Shown here piece after piece: positions 29,906 through 41,193 of a DNA stretch of 64,000 nt. Within the stretch, counting starts at the first letter, position 1, and every line of letters begins with the position of its first letter. A program made the translations under genes and the position numbers. The DNA is from Oligoflexia bacterium (GTDB lineage Bacteria > Bdellovibrionota > UBA1018), in assembly GCA_023701205.1 (NCBI GenBank), contig JAMPXJ010000017.1:1-64000 (forward strand), written 5' to 3'. Under the pieces are notes generated by a model, which ran no database searches, was not told where the DNA came from, and saw only the letters and a program-made list of their open reading frames with translations.

Positions 29906-30388
29906 TCACGAGGCGAAGATCGTCTGGATCTCCTGCTCGATGAGCTCTTCCTTGGATTTCTTGGCCAGGGAGATCTCCTTCACCAGGAGATGCTTGGCCT
30001 GATCGAGCATCTTGCGCTCGCCGAACGAAAGATCCTTGCTGTGACGTAGAAGGAAAAGGTTGCGCAGCACCTCGGCGATCTCGAAGATCGAACCGGTCTT
30101 GATCTTTTCCATGTATTCGCGGTAACGCCGGTTCCAGGTCGTCTGGTCGATCTTGACGTTCCGCTCCTTGAGAATGTCGTAAACCTGTTTGACTTCCTTG
30201 GTCGAAATGATCTCGCGAAGGCCGACCGAAGCGACGTTGTCGGTGGGCACCATGATCGTCATCTGATTATCGACGACCTGGAGGACGTAGAATCTCTTCT
30301 TCTTGCCGCCTACATCCTTCTCCTCGATCCGCTTGATGATCGCGACTCCGTGAGCAGGATAGACAGCATTGTCGCCGACTTTAAACAT
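29906..30388 (-). CDS. CarD/CdnL-family transcriptional regulator (RNA-polymerase-binding, TRCF-like N-domain)
   Basis: MFKVGDNAVYPAHGVAIIKRIEEKDVGGKKKRFYVLQV is the conserved CarD_CdnL_TRCF N-terminus. 160 aa. The helical C-terminal domain includes KHLLVKEISLAK. Confidence 0.85.
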   Translation of the reverse strand: MFKVGDNAVYPAHGVAIIKRIEEKDVGGKKKRFYVLQVVDNQMTIMVPTDNVASVGLREIISTKEVKQVYDILKERNVKIDQTTWNRRYREYMEKIKTGSIFEIAEVLRNLFLLRHSKDLSFGERKMLDQAKHLLVKEISLAKKSKEELIEQEIQTIFAS

Positions 30389-30569
30389 GCTTATGAACCT
30401 CCGAGCACATCGACACTCTGCAGAGCGACCCGGTTGAATCCGGTGAAAAAACCGCTTGCAATACCCCGGGCAAACTGGATAACCACTGGTGAAGAGCCAC
30501 TGTTATTCGTGGCTCTCTTAATGAGAAATTCCGAAGCCTAGTGACAGGGCAGATTTTTGACCTGCGAGA

Positions 30570-30598
30570 CCTTATCACACGTTTCTCAAATTTGTCAA
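30570..30598 (-). promoter_or_regulatory. Putative sigma-70-type promoter for carD (reverse strand: TTGACA, 17 nt spacer, ATAAGG)
   Basis: The reverse-strand sequence ttgacaaatttgagaaacgtgtgataagg sits about 180 nt upstream of the carD ATG, in a 500-bp intergenic region with lower GC. Confidence 0.3.
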
Positions 30599-30891
30599 TG
30601 TCACCCTCCGTTTTCATCCCGTTCAACCATCTGAAAACATGACAGAATCAGGATCGGAAATTCTGCGCTGCGTCAGCGCTTTATTTCACGACCCGCGGCA
30701 GTCCTAAGCAAGCCGGATGCCCAGACGTGGCTTTCCGGTCGCTTTCCTAACACCGCGGGCTTCCTGGTGCCATTCTGGGATACTCCTGCTTGGGGATGCA
30801 AAGCGCGGACGTACCTCGGCTGAATCGCCTGACAGCTGTCAATAGTTCAGACAGCAGCAGCATCATGGGAAACAGCGACAGCGGGCTGAAG

Positions 30892-32634
30892 TCAGTTCTT
30901 CAGGCTGTCGAAAGGATAGGCCCCCTGCTCGAAGGCTTTCGCGGCGATCAGCTTCATGGCGTCGTCGTCGTTACGATCGATCGACTTGAAGTTGCCGCGG
31001 ATGCGCCGGTTGGCGCGCATGAAGAAGCTTTCGGCGATCGCCAGCTCGAGCTGGCACTTCTCCGGCCCCGATTGCTCGAGGGCGGCCGTCACGCGCGACA
31101 GCACGCAGGCCATACCGAAGAAGTCGATGGCGATGTCGGCGATGCGCTTCTGCGCGAACTGCCGCCGGAAGATATCCTTCCCATGCCGCCGCAGAAGCAC
31201 TTCGACCTGCGTCGCGAACTCGGCGGAGTACTCCTCGAGCACGCCGGCATGCTTCTTCAGCGCGGGGTGCGCGCGGTTGATGCTCTCGCCGACGACGCTG
31301 CGCTTGATCCGTCGAATGGCGAAGTCGCCGACCGGCCCCAGCCCCTTGAGCGGATATTTGATCGCCTCGGCGAGGCCCGCGAGCTCCTGTCCGGGACCTT
31401 GCATGCCCGAAAGCGCGATGAACGCGCGCAGGATCTCATTGGTGCCCTCGAAGATGCGGTTGATGCGGGCGTCGCGGAGCCACCGCTCGTACGGATACTC
31501 CTTCATGTAGCCCATGCCGGCCCAGATCTGGAGGTTCTCATCCATCACTTCCCAGATCATCTCGCTGGCGAAGACCTTCGCGCAGGCGCTTTCGAGCGAA
31601 TAGTCCACGTCCTTGCGATCGATCAGGCCCGTGGTCATGAAGGTCATGCTCTCGGCGACGTAGATCTGGGCCATCATTCGCCCGATCTTTTCCTGGATCA
31701 TGCCGAATTCGCCGATCTTCTTGTTGAACTGCACGCGCTCGTTGGCATGCTCGATCGAAGCCCGCAACGCGTTCTTGGCGCCACCCACGCAGCCCGCGGC
31801 GAGCCCCAGCCGCCCATGGTTGAGCACCCCCATGGCGATCTTGAAGCCTTGCCCGACGCCGCCGATGATGTTCTCGACTGGAACCTTGACGTTGTCGAAA
31901 TGAACGGCATTGGTCCAGGAGGCGCGGATGCCGAGCTTGTGCTCCGGCGGACCGACGCTCACGCCCTCGGCGGGGAGCTCGAGGGCGAAGCAGGTCACCT
32001 TGTCCTTCTTCTGGCCGCCCTCTTCCACCTCGGTCTTGGCGAAGACCGTGAGGAAGCTGGCGACGCCGGCATTCGTGATCCAGAGCTTGTTTCCCGTGAG
32101 GGTGTAGTGCTTGCCGTCGGGTGACAGCGTCGCGCGCGTCTTGATGGACGCGGCATCGGAGCCGCTCCCCGGCTCGGTAAGACAGTACGCGGCGAAAAGC
32201 TCGCCTGAAGCAAGCCGCGGCAGGAAGCGCTGCTTCTGCTCGTCGGTCCCGAAAAGCAGCAGCGCCTTGTAACCGATGCTCTGGTGCGCGCCGATCGTGA
32301 CGGCGAGCGAGCCGTCGATGGTTCCCGCTTCCTGCATGATGCGCGCGTAAGCCATCTGCGGAAGTCCGAGACCTCCGAACGCCTCCGGAACGGCCAGACC
32401 GAGCATCCCCATTTCCGCGAGATGCGTGAGGATCTCCTTGGGCATGGCCCCCTTCTCGTCCCATTCCGACTGCCTGACGTGATCCTTGGCGAACTTCTCC
32501 ATCGAGTCGAGGATCATGCCGACCGTCTCCGCCGTTTCCGAGCCGAGGCGCGGGAACGGAAAAACCAGCTCTTCGCGGATCTGGCCGAAAAACAGGGATT
32601 TCATGAAGCTGTTCTGCTCGAGTGATGCCGCCAT
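30892..32634 (-). CDS. Acyl-CoA dehydrogenase, long two-domain type (FadE/ACAD10-11-like)
   Basis: ACAD N, middle and C domains: YCLTEPGSGSDAAS, WITNAG, and FEGTNEI with the catalytic Glu. A C-terminal ~180-aa extension is typical of FadE-like enzymes. 580 aa. Confidence 0.85.
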   Translation of the reverse strand: MAASLEQNSFMKSLFFGQIREELVFPFPRLGSETAETVGMILDSMEKFAKDHVRQSEWDEKGAMPKEILTHLAEMGMLGLAVPEAFGGLGLPQMAYARIMQEAGTIDGSLAVTIGAHQSIGYKALLLFGTDEQKQRFLPRLASGELFAAYCLTEPGSGSDAASIKTRATLSPDGKHYTLTGNKLWITNAGVASFLTVFAKTEVEEGGQKKDKVTCFALELPAEGVSVGPPEHKLGIRASWTNAVHFDNVKVPVENIIGGVGQGFKIAMGVLNHGRLGLAAGCVGGAKNALRASIEHANERVQFNKKIGEFGMIQEKIGRMMAQIYVAESMTFMTTGLIDRKDVDYSLESACAKVFASEMIWEVMDENLQIWAGMGYMKEYPYERWLRDARINRIFEGTNEILRAFIALSGMQGPGQELAGLAEAIKYPLKGLGPVGDFAIRRIKRSVVGESINRAHPALKKHAGVLEEYSAEFATQVEVLLRRHGKDIFRRQFAQKRIADIAIDFFGMACVLSRVTAALEQSGPEKCQLELAIAESFFMRANRRIRGNFKSIDRNDDDAMKLIAAKAFEQGAYPFDSLKN

Positions 32635-32918
32635 AGTTTCTCCTGATGTGGGAAGGAATCCGGAACGGAAGTCGTTTCCGCTCTATTTTTTCACAGCGTT
32701 CCCTCAACGGCAAGGAGCTCAAAATCCCCCTGACAAATTGTCGAAGCCGGAGCGGCCCGCCGGCGCCGTCCGACATTTTGTCAAACGCCCTGCGCCACGG
32801 CAATGATTTGACGGAGGAGGTCGGCGCGGAATCATTTGCGTTTCGCCGGCCATTTTTCCAGAACATGCGGCGCGGCGCTTGGCACCGCTCTTGCGTTATT
32901 GGCAGTTCGGCTATCCCC

Positions 32919-33992
32919 ATGGACAACGAACCACGCCTTGATCCGCAACCTCCGTCGTTTCCCCCTCCTTCGGAAAAGCCGAGGGCCGGGCTGTTCCAAC
33001 GCATCTCCTTCGAAGTGAGCGAGCGAACGCGAAACCTGCTCCGTTCACCGGGTGGCGATCCGGGACGGAACCTCGCGGGCTGGACCGAGTGGGCGGCCTC
33101 CTCCATCCAGAAGCAGGGCTTCGGCGCCTACGGGAAGCTCCTGACCATCCTGCTTTGCACCTTCTTCCTCGCGGATCTCACGGCTCTTCTGGCCGGCAAG
33201 TACATTCCCGAGCCGCCCAGCTCGCGAGGGACGCGCGGAGCCGTTGGTTTCCGCCGGCAGGGCTCGCTCGACGAATACGCTGCGATCTTCGCGCGCAATC
33301 TTTTCAACAGCAAGGGACTCATTCCGGGCGAGGAGCTGCCCACCGGCGGCGAGCCGCAGGACCTCGGCGGCGCGCCGGTAAAGACCACGCTTCCCTTCAA
33401 TCTGATCGGCACCCTCATCTTGCGGGACGAGCTCCGCTCGATCGCCACGATCGAGGACAAGTCCGCATCCCTGGTTTACCCCGTGCGCGTGGACGACGAG
33501 ATCCCCGCCAAGGCGCGCATCATCAAGGTCGAGCCCACGCGGGTGACCTTCGTCAACACCGCCAGCGGCCGGCGCGAGTACGTGGAGCTCCCGGAGGACC
33601 TGTCCCGGGCTCCCCGGATCTCGCTCGGCGGGCCGAAGACCGCGGGCGGCGCCGGAATCGAGCAGGTCTCGCCCACACAGTATACGGTCTCGCGCCTCGA
33701 GGTCGACAAGGCCCTCTCGGACTTCAACAACATCCTCACCCAGGCCCGCGCCGTGCCCAACTTCGAGAACGGGCTCCCGGCCGGTTACAAGCTCTTTCAA
33801 ATCGTTCCGGGCAGCATCTATGACAAGCTCGGCCTGCGCAACGGCGACGTGATCACCGGCCTGGACGGACAGCCCATCAACGATCCCGGGAAAGCTTTCG
33901 AGATGCTTTCCAGGCTCAAGGACTCGAACCATCTCGAGCTGCAGGTGAAGAAGGACGGCCGAAGCCTCACCTACAGCTACGATATCAAATAG
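32919..33992 (+). CDS. gspC: Type II secretion system protein C (PDZ-containing)
   Basis: The start is taken at MDNEPRLDPQPP. It has a cytoplasmic N-terminus, one TM (LLTILLCTFFLADLTALLAG) and a C-terminal PDZ (GYKLFQIVPGSIYDKLGLRNGDVITGLDGQPINDPGKAFEML). It lies directly upstream of the secretin gene. Confidence 0.6.
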   Translation: MDNEPRLDPQPPSFPPPSEKPRAGLFQRISFEVSERTRNLLRSPGGDPGRNLAGWTEWAASSIQKQGFGAYGKLLTILLCTFFLADLTALLAGKYIPEPPSSRGTRGAVGFRRQGSLDEYAAIFARNLFNSKGLIPGEELPTGGEPQDLGGAPVKTTLPFNLIGTLILRDELRSIATIEDKSASLVYPVRVDDEIPAKARIIKVEPTRVTFVNTASGRREYVELPEDLSRAPRISLGGPKTAGGAGIEQVSPTQYTVSRLEVDKALSDFNNILTQARAVPNFENGLPAGYKLFQIVPGSIYDKLGLRNGDVITGLDGQPINDPGKAFEMLSRLKDSNHLELQVKKDGRSLTYSYDIK

Positions 33993-33999
33993 GAAGCGT

Positions 34000-36627
34000 A
34001 TGAAAGCCGAAAAGCCGAACCTTGCCGAGATCCCCTGTTCCGAAAGCGAGCTGCGTTGGCTCCAGATCACCGCCGGTCTCGTCAGCCTGATCGGTATGGC
34101 GGGACTGCTGGCCATCATGAGCGAGGGCGCCTGGGCTCAGGAACCCAAGCCGGGCTTCTCGCCGGGACGGCGGACCTTCACGAATCCCTGGGCCAATCAG
34201 CCCGCGCCCGGCGGCGCCCCGGGCAGCCCCATCTTCGATGATGAGGAAGAGGATGAGGAATTAGAGAACTTCGGCGACAGCGCCCCTCCCCCGACCTTCG
34301 GAGGCGGAGCGGCCGGCGGCGGGCCGGGCGGAACTCCCTCTCGCCCGGCAGGAACGACCGGAAATACCCTATCGGGCGGCGGAGGCAGCCCCGGCGGTGT
34401 CATTTCCCGCAATCCTCAGCCCGCGACCGAGGTGAATACCGAGACCGGCGAAGGCAGCAAGGAAATCGTCACGGAGTTCAACTTTCCCGATGCCGACATC
34501 ATGGACATCGCCAAAACGCTCGGCAAGCTCACGGGCAAGAACTTCATCTTCGACAAGGACGTGAAGGGGCGCATCTCGATTGTCTCGAACTCCCCGATCA
34601 CGGTCGGCGACGCCTGGAAGGCCTTTCTCACCGCGCTCGACATCAACCAATTCGCGCTGATCCCCTCGGGAAAATACATCCGTATCGCCCGTCAGCGCGA
34701 CGCGCGCGACAAGCAGCTTCGCACTTACACGGGCGACTACTCGCCTGACACCGACGCGCTGATCACGCGCGTCTTCCCGCTCAAGTACATCAATGCCGAG
34801 GAGGTGGCGCGCACCTTCCGCAGCTTCATGCCCGCGAACTCGCGCATCATCCCTTATGACCAGACCAACACGGTTATCGTAACGGACACCGGGTCGAACA
34901 TCGCCAAGCTCAGCAAGATGCTCGAGATCCTGGATGTCGAGGGCTATGACCTGGGCATCGAGGTGATCGCGGTGAAATTCGCGTCGGCCTCGGAGCTCTC
35001 CAAGCTGATCGACACGCTCCTACCGGGAACGGCAGGGGCCGGCGGCCCCCCGGGCACCCCCCGCTTCGGCGGCGGCGCCGCCCGCGGCTTCAACGCCCGC
35101 CGCACCAAGGAAGGCGGCGTCATCAACACCATCATCTCCGACGAGCGCACGAATACGTTGATCGTGAATGCCAACAGCAAGGGCGCCGATCAGGTCCGCG
35201 AGCTCGTCGCCAAGCTCGACCAGAAGATCCCCGCCCAGCGCGGCGGCGGCCGCGTGCACGTCGTCTATCTCCAGTTCGCCGACGCTGAGCAGATCGCCAA
35301 CACACTCAATAACCTCTCCTCTCAACAGGTGGGCGGCGGCTTCAAGCCGATCTCCTCGCCGGGCGGCGGCACGGGCGTGAACCCCGTGGCAGCCTCGCTC
35401 TTCGAGGGACAGATCAAGGTCGCCTCCGACAAGGCCACCAACTCGCTCGTCATCACGGCATCGCCTTCGGACTTCATCACGGTCCAGCGCGTGATCAATC
35501 GCCTGGACATCCCGCGTGACGAGGTCTTCGTCGAAGTGGTTATCATGGAGGTCGCCCTGAGCCGTGGGTTCAACTACTCCTCCAACGCCATCAACCCGCG
35601 AAACGGCGTCGCGCTCACGACCAACCAGGATCTCCTGAACTTCATCCAGAACCCGCTCGCGGTGGGCGGCGCGATCATCGGGTACTCCACGCAGTCGACC
35701 AAGGACGTCACGATCAACGGCACGAAGCAGGCGATCCCGAACTTCCAGGCCATGATCAAGCTGATCCAGAGCAACTCCAAAGCCAACGTGCTGGCGACCC
35801 CGCAGATCATCGCGCTCGACAACACCGAGGCGACCTTCGAGTCGGCCGAGAACATCCCGGTTTCCCAGACCACGGCGGTCCAGGGCGGGATCCTGCAGCA
35901 GTCCTTCGGCAAGGAGCGCGTGGCGCTCTCGATCAAGATCAAGCCCCAGATCAACAAGGTCACCAATTTCGTGAAGCTCGACGTCACGGCCAAGCTCGGC
36001 GACATCACCGACCGCGCGCCGCCGGAAGCGCAGGGCAAAGCCGTGGCAACGCTCGAGCGCACGGCTCAGACCTCGGTCGTGGTCGGGGACTCGGATACCG
36101 TCGTCATCGGCGGCCTGATGCGCGACAAGGTCAGCGAGACCACCTCGAAGATCCCGCTCCTGGGCGATATCCCGCTCCTGGGCTGGCTCTTCCGCTCGCA
36201 TACCTCGGCGACGGACAAGACCAACCTCCTCATCTTCCTCACGCCCCATATCGTGCGGCAGTATGAGAAAGTCCGGGCACTGCTCGACAAGAAGCTCAAG
36301 GAGCGCGACGATTTCCTCGAAGCCAATACCGGCGGCAAGGATCCGCTGCGCGGCAAGCGCGACGACATCATCCGCAGCCTGCCCGATCTCAGCGAGATCA
36401 TGGCCAAGCGCGAGAGCACGGTCACGATCGACGAGGAGACGCCCGCCGCAGTTCCGGTCGAGCCCGGAAGCCCCTTCACAGGCGGCGCGACGAAGAAGAC
36501 CGAGAAGCCCGTCGTTCCGCCGGCGCCCGAAGCGGGAGCCCCGGCCGAAGGTTCAACGCCAGCCGACGCGCCAACGGCGCCCGAGGCTCCGCCGGCCGAC
36601 CTGCCGGTCCCGCCTTCGTCCGGATGA
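34000..36627 (+). CDS. gspD: Type II secretion system secretin GspD
   Basis: N0-N3 domains (NFIFDKDVKGRISIVSN, VFPLKYINAEEVARTF) and the C-terminal secretin domain (VVIGGLMRDKVSETTSKIPLLGDIPLLGWLF). Gly/Pro-rich low-complexity inserts lie after the signal sequence and at the C-terminus. 875 aa. Confidence 0.9.
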   Translation: MKAEKPNLAEIPCSESELRWLQITAGLVSLIGMAGLLAIMSEGAWAQEPKPGFSPGRRTFTNPWANQPAPGGAPGSPIFDDEEEDEELENFGDSAPPPTFGGGAAGGGPGGTPSRPAGTTGNTLSGGGGSPGGVISRNPQPATEVNTETGEGSKEIVTEFNFPDADIMDIAKTLGKLTGKNFIFDKDVKGRISIVSNSPITVGDAWKAFLTALDINQFALIPSGKYIRIARQRDARDKQLRTYTGDYSPDTDALITRVFPLKYINAEEVARTFRSFMPANSRIIPYDQTNTVIVTDTGSNIAKLSKMLEILDVEGYDLGIEVIAVKFASASELSKLIDTLLPGTAGAGGPPGTPRFGGGAARGFNARRTKEGGVINTIISDERTNTLIVNANSKGADQVRELVAKLDQKIPAQRGGGRVHVVYLQFADAEQIANTLNNLSSQQVGGGFKPISSPGGGTGVNPVAASLFEGQIKVASDKATNSLVITASPSDFITVQRVINRLDIPRDEVFVEVVIMEVALSRGFNYSSNAINPRNGVALTTNQDLLNFIQNPLAVGGAIIGYSTQSTKDVTINGTKQAIPNFQAMIKLIQSNSKANVLATPQIIALDNTEATFESAENIPVSQTTAVQGGILQQSFGKERVALSIKIKPQINKVTNFVKLDVTAKLGDITDRAPPEAQGKAVATLERTAQTSVVVGDSDTVVIGGLMRDKVSETTSKIPLLGDIPLLGWLFRSHTSATDKTNLLIFLTPHIVRQYEKVRALLDKKLKERDDFLEANTGGKDPLRGKRDDIIRSLPDLSEIMAKRESTVTIDEETPAAVPVEPGSPFTGGATKKTEKPVVPPAPEAGAPAEGSTPADAPTAPEAPPADLPVPPSSG

Positions 36628-36653
36628 CTTGACAGGGAGAGTAAACTGGAAAA

Positions 36654-38378
<1,725 letters not shown>

Positions 38379-38385
38379 GAAGACC

Positions 38386-39609
38386 ATGGCTCCGATGTTC
38401 GACTACAAGGCGCTGAGCCCGGACGGAAAGAACCAGCGGGGCGTCGTCGAGGCCGAGACGGCCAAGGCCGCCCGCACGAAGCTCAAGAAGCAGGGCCTCA
38501 TGGTCACGGACATCCGCGAGAAGAGCGCGGCCAAGCCCACGGCCGGCGGCGGCGTGCCTTTCTTCGGCAACCGCGTCAGCGTCCGCGAGATCGCGCTCAT
38601 GACCCGCCAGCTCGCGAGCCTGGTCAAGGCCAACATCCCGCTGGTCGAGGCGCTTACCGCGCTCATCGACCAGATCGAGAACGAGAAGCTCAAGCTCACG
38701 CTCGTGCAGGTCCGCCAGGACGTGAACGAGGGCTCCAGCCTTGCCAAGGCCATCGCCAGCCACCCGAGGATCTTCGACAACATCTTCGTCAACATGATCG
38801 AGGCGGGCGAGAGCTCCGGTACGTTGAGCCTGGTGCTCCTGCGCCTGGCCGATCTCAAGGAAGCCCAGATGCGGCTTCGCAGCAAGGTCATCAGCGCCAT
38901 GACCTATCCGGCGCTCATGATGGGGGTCGCGGGCTTCCTGATGCTCGCCATCTTCACCTTCGTGATCCCGAAGCTCGCCAAGGTCTTCGAGTCCATGAAC
39001 AAGAAGATGCCGCCCACGACGCAGTTCCTGCTCGCCGTGAGCGAGATCATGGTCGAGTGGTGGTTTCTCATCCTTGCGGCGGGAATCCTGGCCTTCTGGC
39101 TTTTCCGGCGGTATATCTCCTCTACGGAAGGCAAGCCCCGCTGGGACGCTTTCAAGCTCCGGGTCCCGATCCTGGGACCGCTGGTGCGCATGATCGCAGT
39201 GACCCGGTTCGCCAGCACGATGTCGACCCTGCTGGGCAGCGGCGTCCCGATCCTGACCTGCATGACGATCGCCCGGAACCTCATCGGGAACGCTCCGATC
39301 GAAAAGGCCGTCTCGCAGGCGCGGGAAAACATCACCGAAGGCCAGTCCATCGCCGAGCCGCTGCGGCGGAGCGGCGAATTCCCGCCGATGATGATCCACA
39401 TGATCGCCATCGGCGAGAAGACCGGGGAGCTGCCGGAGATGCTGAACAACGTGGCGGAGACTTACGAGGAACAGATCAACACCAAGATCGAGGGCCTCAC
39501 GAGCCTCCTCGAGCCCGCGATGATCGTGGGCATGGGCGGCGCGGTGGGTTTCATCGTGCTCTCGGTCTTCCTTCCCCTGCTTGAGGTTTCGAACATCAAC
39601 CAACGCTGA
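38386..39609 (+). CDS. gspF: Type II secretion inner-membrane platform protein GspF
   Basis: Two GspF repeats: LATLVKANIPLVEAL and GEKTGELPEMLNNVAETYEEQI. Three TM segments. 407 aa. Confidence 0.9.
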   Translation: MAPMFDYKALSPDGKNQRGVVEAETAKAARTKLKKQGLMVTDIREKSAAKPTAGGGVPFFGNRVSVREIALMTRQLASLVKANIPLVEALTALIDQIENEKLKLTLVQVRQDVNEGSSLAKAIASHPRIFDNIFVNMIEAGESSGTLSLVLLRLADLKEAQMRLRSKVISAMTYPALMMGVAGFLMLAIFTFVIPKLAKVFESMNKKMPPTTQFLLAVSEIMVEWWFLILAAGILAFWLFRRYISSTEGKPRWDAFKLRVPILGPLVRMIAVTRFASTMSTLLGSGVPILTCMTIARNLIGNAPIEKAVSQARENITEGQSIAEPLRRSGEFPPMMIHMIAIGEKTGELPEMLNNVAETYEEQINTKIEGLTSLLEPAMIVGMGGAVGFIVLSVFLPLLEVSNINQR

Positions 39610-39628
39610 AGAAATGGAGAAACATAGA

Positions 39629-40075
39629 ATGCTGAAAAACCTGCTCAAAAAACTGCCCTCGGCCCAGGCCGGCTTCTCGCTCATCGAGATGCTCATCGTC
39701 ATCGCCCTGATGGCGCTCGTCGGCACCTTCGTGGCCGGCAACGTCATTCGGAAATACGACCAGGCGAAGGTCGACGCCACCCGGATCCAGATGAAGCAGC
39801 TCGGAGTCATCCTCGACGACTTCCGGCGGGTCTGCGGTTTCTATCCGACGACCGATCAGGGGCTGGAGGCGCTCGTCAAGGCGCCTTCGGGCCGTGAGTG
39901 CAAGAACTACGATCCCGAAGGGTTCATCAAGGACAAGCGGGTCCCGAAGGACGCCTGGGACCACGACTTCGATTACGTCTCCGACGGCAGCAAGTACACC
40001 CTCAGGACGCTCGGGGCCGACGGCAAGGAAGGCGGCGATGGCTTCGACAAGGATTTCGGTTCTGACGAGAGCTGA
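39629..40075 (+). CDS. gspG: Major pseudopilin GspG
   Basis: Prepilin leader MLKNLLKKLPSAQAG, then FSLIEMLIVIALMALVG with cleavage at G/F and Glu at +5. 148 aa with the conserved GspG C-terminal fold (DPWG..Y). Confidence 0.85.
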   Translation: MLKNLLKKLPSAQAGFSLIEMLIVIALMALVGTFVAGNVIRKYDQAKVDATRIQMKQLGVILDDFRRVCGFYPTTDQGLEALVKAPSGRECKNYDPEGFIKDKRVPKDAWDHDFDYVSDGSKYTLRTLGADGKEGGDGFDKDFGSDES

Positions 40076-40691
40076 TTTCCCGCGACGCGGGGAGCGGGGC
40101 TTCAGCCTCATCGAGCTGATCGTCGTCATCGCCCTGATGTCGCTGATCTCGCTCTTCGCGCTGCCAACCGTGACGAGCTACCTTCAGGTGTCGCTGAAGT
40201 CCGCGACCCGGGAGCTGGCGAGCCTCATCAAGGAGACCTACAACTCGTCGCTCGTGACCGGCAAGGTCCACCGCCTCGTCTACGATCTCAAGACGAGCGA
40301 ATACTGGGTCGAGTCCGGCCCGCCTTCTCTCCTGCTCGACACGCAGGAGAGCCTCGAGAAGGAGGAGCAGCGCAAGCGCCTTTCCACCAATCGCGAGGAC
40401 GAGGCTCCGAAGGCCTCTCCTTTTTCGCTCGAGAAATCCATCACTCGCAAGAAGCTCGCCCTGCCCAGCGGCGTGAGCTTCGAGGACATCGGCACCGAGC
40501 AGAACAAGGAGCCCATCTCGCAGGGCAAGGCGTACACCCATTTCTTCCCCCACGGCATCACCGAGCAGACGATCATTCACCTGACCGATCAGTCGAAGCA
40601 CCGGGTCACCCTGGTGATCACGCCGCTGATCGGCCGCACCGACCTCTACGAGAGATATGTCACGGCTTCCGAGATTTTCGAAAAACGTTGA
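40038..40691 (+). CDS. gspH: Minor pseudopilin GspH
   Basis: GFSLIELIVVIALMSLISLFALP is a type-IV-pilin-like N-terminal helix. The ATG at 40038 gives a 38-nt overlap with gspG and a 25-aa leader; the exact start is uncertain. Confidence 0.65.
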   Translation: MASTRISVLTRADFPRRGERGFSLIELIVVIALMSLISLFALPTVTSYLQVSLKSATRELASLIKETYNSSLVTGKVHRLVYDLKTSEYWVESGPPSLLLDTQESLEKEEQRKRLSTNREDEAPKASPFSLEKSITRKKLALPSGVSFEDIGTEQNKEPISQGKAYTHFFPHGITEQTIIHLTDQSKHRVTLVITPLIGRTDLYERYVTASEIFEKR

Positions 40692-41193
40692 GCGCCGCCG
40701 AGGCAGCGAAGGCGGCTTCACCCTGCTCGAGGTGGTGATCGCGCTCGCCATCATGGTGCTCGCCTTCGCCTCGATCCTGAGCGTCGAATCCGGCAGCATC
40801 AACGCCTCGGCCCGGGCCCGTCAGATGAACATCGTGGGCATGCTCGCCAAGTCCAAGATGGTCGAAACCGAGTACCAGATCGAGGGCAAGAGCTTCGAGG
40901 AGATCGGCAAGGAGGCCGGCGGCGCGTTCGAGGCGCCTTACGAGGATTACCGCTGGACGACGGCCGTGAAGGAGCTCGAGTTCCCGAACCTCGCCTCCGG
41001 CAAGCAGGAGCAGGGAGCCGTAGCCGGCAGCGAGGGCGCGGACATGATCTCGGGCCTGCTGACGAAGTTCCTGTCGCAGTCCGTGAGGGAGGTCACGGTC
41101 ACGGTTTTCTGGAAAAGGGGCAACGCCGAACAGAGCTTCGCGCTCTCGACTTACTGGGTGGATCTGAACCATGAGTTCTCGCTTTCGCAATAA
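40657..41193 (+). CDS. gspI: Minor pseudopilin GspI
   Basis: GGFTLLEVVIALAIMVLAFASIL prepilin N-terminus. About 150-aa mature size, typical of GspI. Confidence 0.7.
   Translation: MSRLPRFSKNVERRRGSEGGFTLLEVVIALAIMVLAFASILSVESGSINASARARQMNIVGMLAKSKMVETEYQIEGKSFEEIGKEAGGAFEAPYEDYRWTTAVKELEFPNLASGKQEQGAVAGSEGADMISGLLTKFLSQSVREVTVTVFWKRGNAEQSFALSTYWVDLNHEFSLSQ

Noticed and set aside
28327-29943. A 538-aa ORF on the plus strand
   Set aside because: Antisense to cysS (HIGN/KMSKS confirmed on the minus strand). It has no motifs and is Arg/Leu-rich, typical of a GC artefact.
30421-30460. A tRNA-like T-arm (ccggTTGAATCcgg) in the carD leader
   Set aside because: There is no complementary acceptor stem 60-70 nt upstream and no anticodon arm or D-arm can be built. 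It is more likely a leader hairpin than a tRNA.
31538-33106. A 522-aa minus-strand ORF overlapping the acyl-CoA dehydrogenase gene in another frame and running into gspC
   Set aside because: It is an alternate frame of a well-supported ACAD gene, with Arg/Gly/Pro-rich composition and no domain signal.
34230-34420. Repetitive Gly/Pro/Ala-rich DNA suggestive of a repeat array or CRISPR
   Set aside because: It lies in frame inside gspD and encodes a low-complexity linker (GGAAGGGPGGTPS...). There are no direct repeats with unique spacers, and no CRISPR-like periodicity was seen anywhere in the window.
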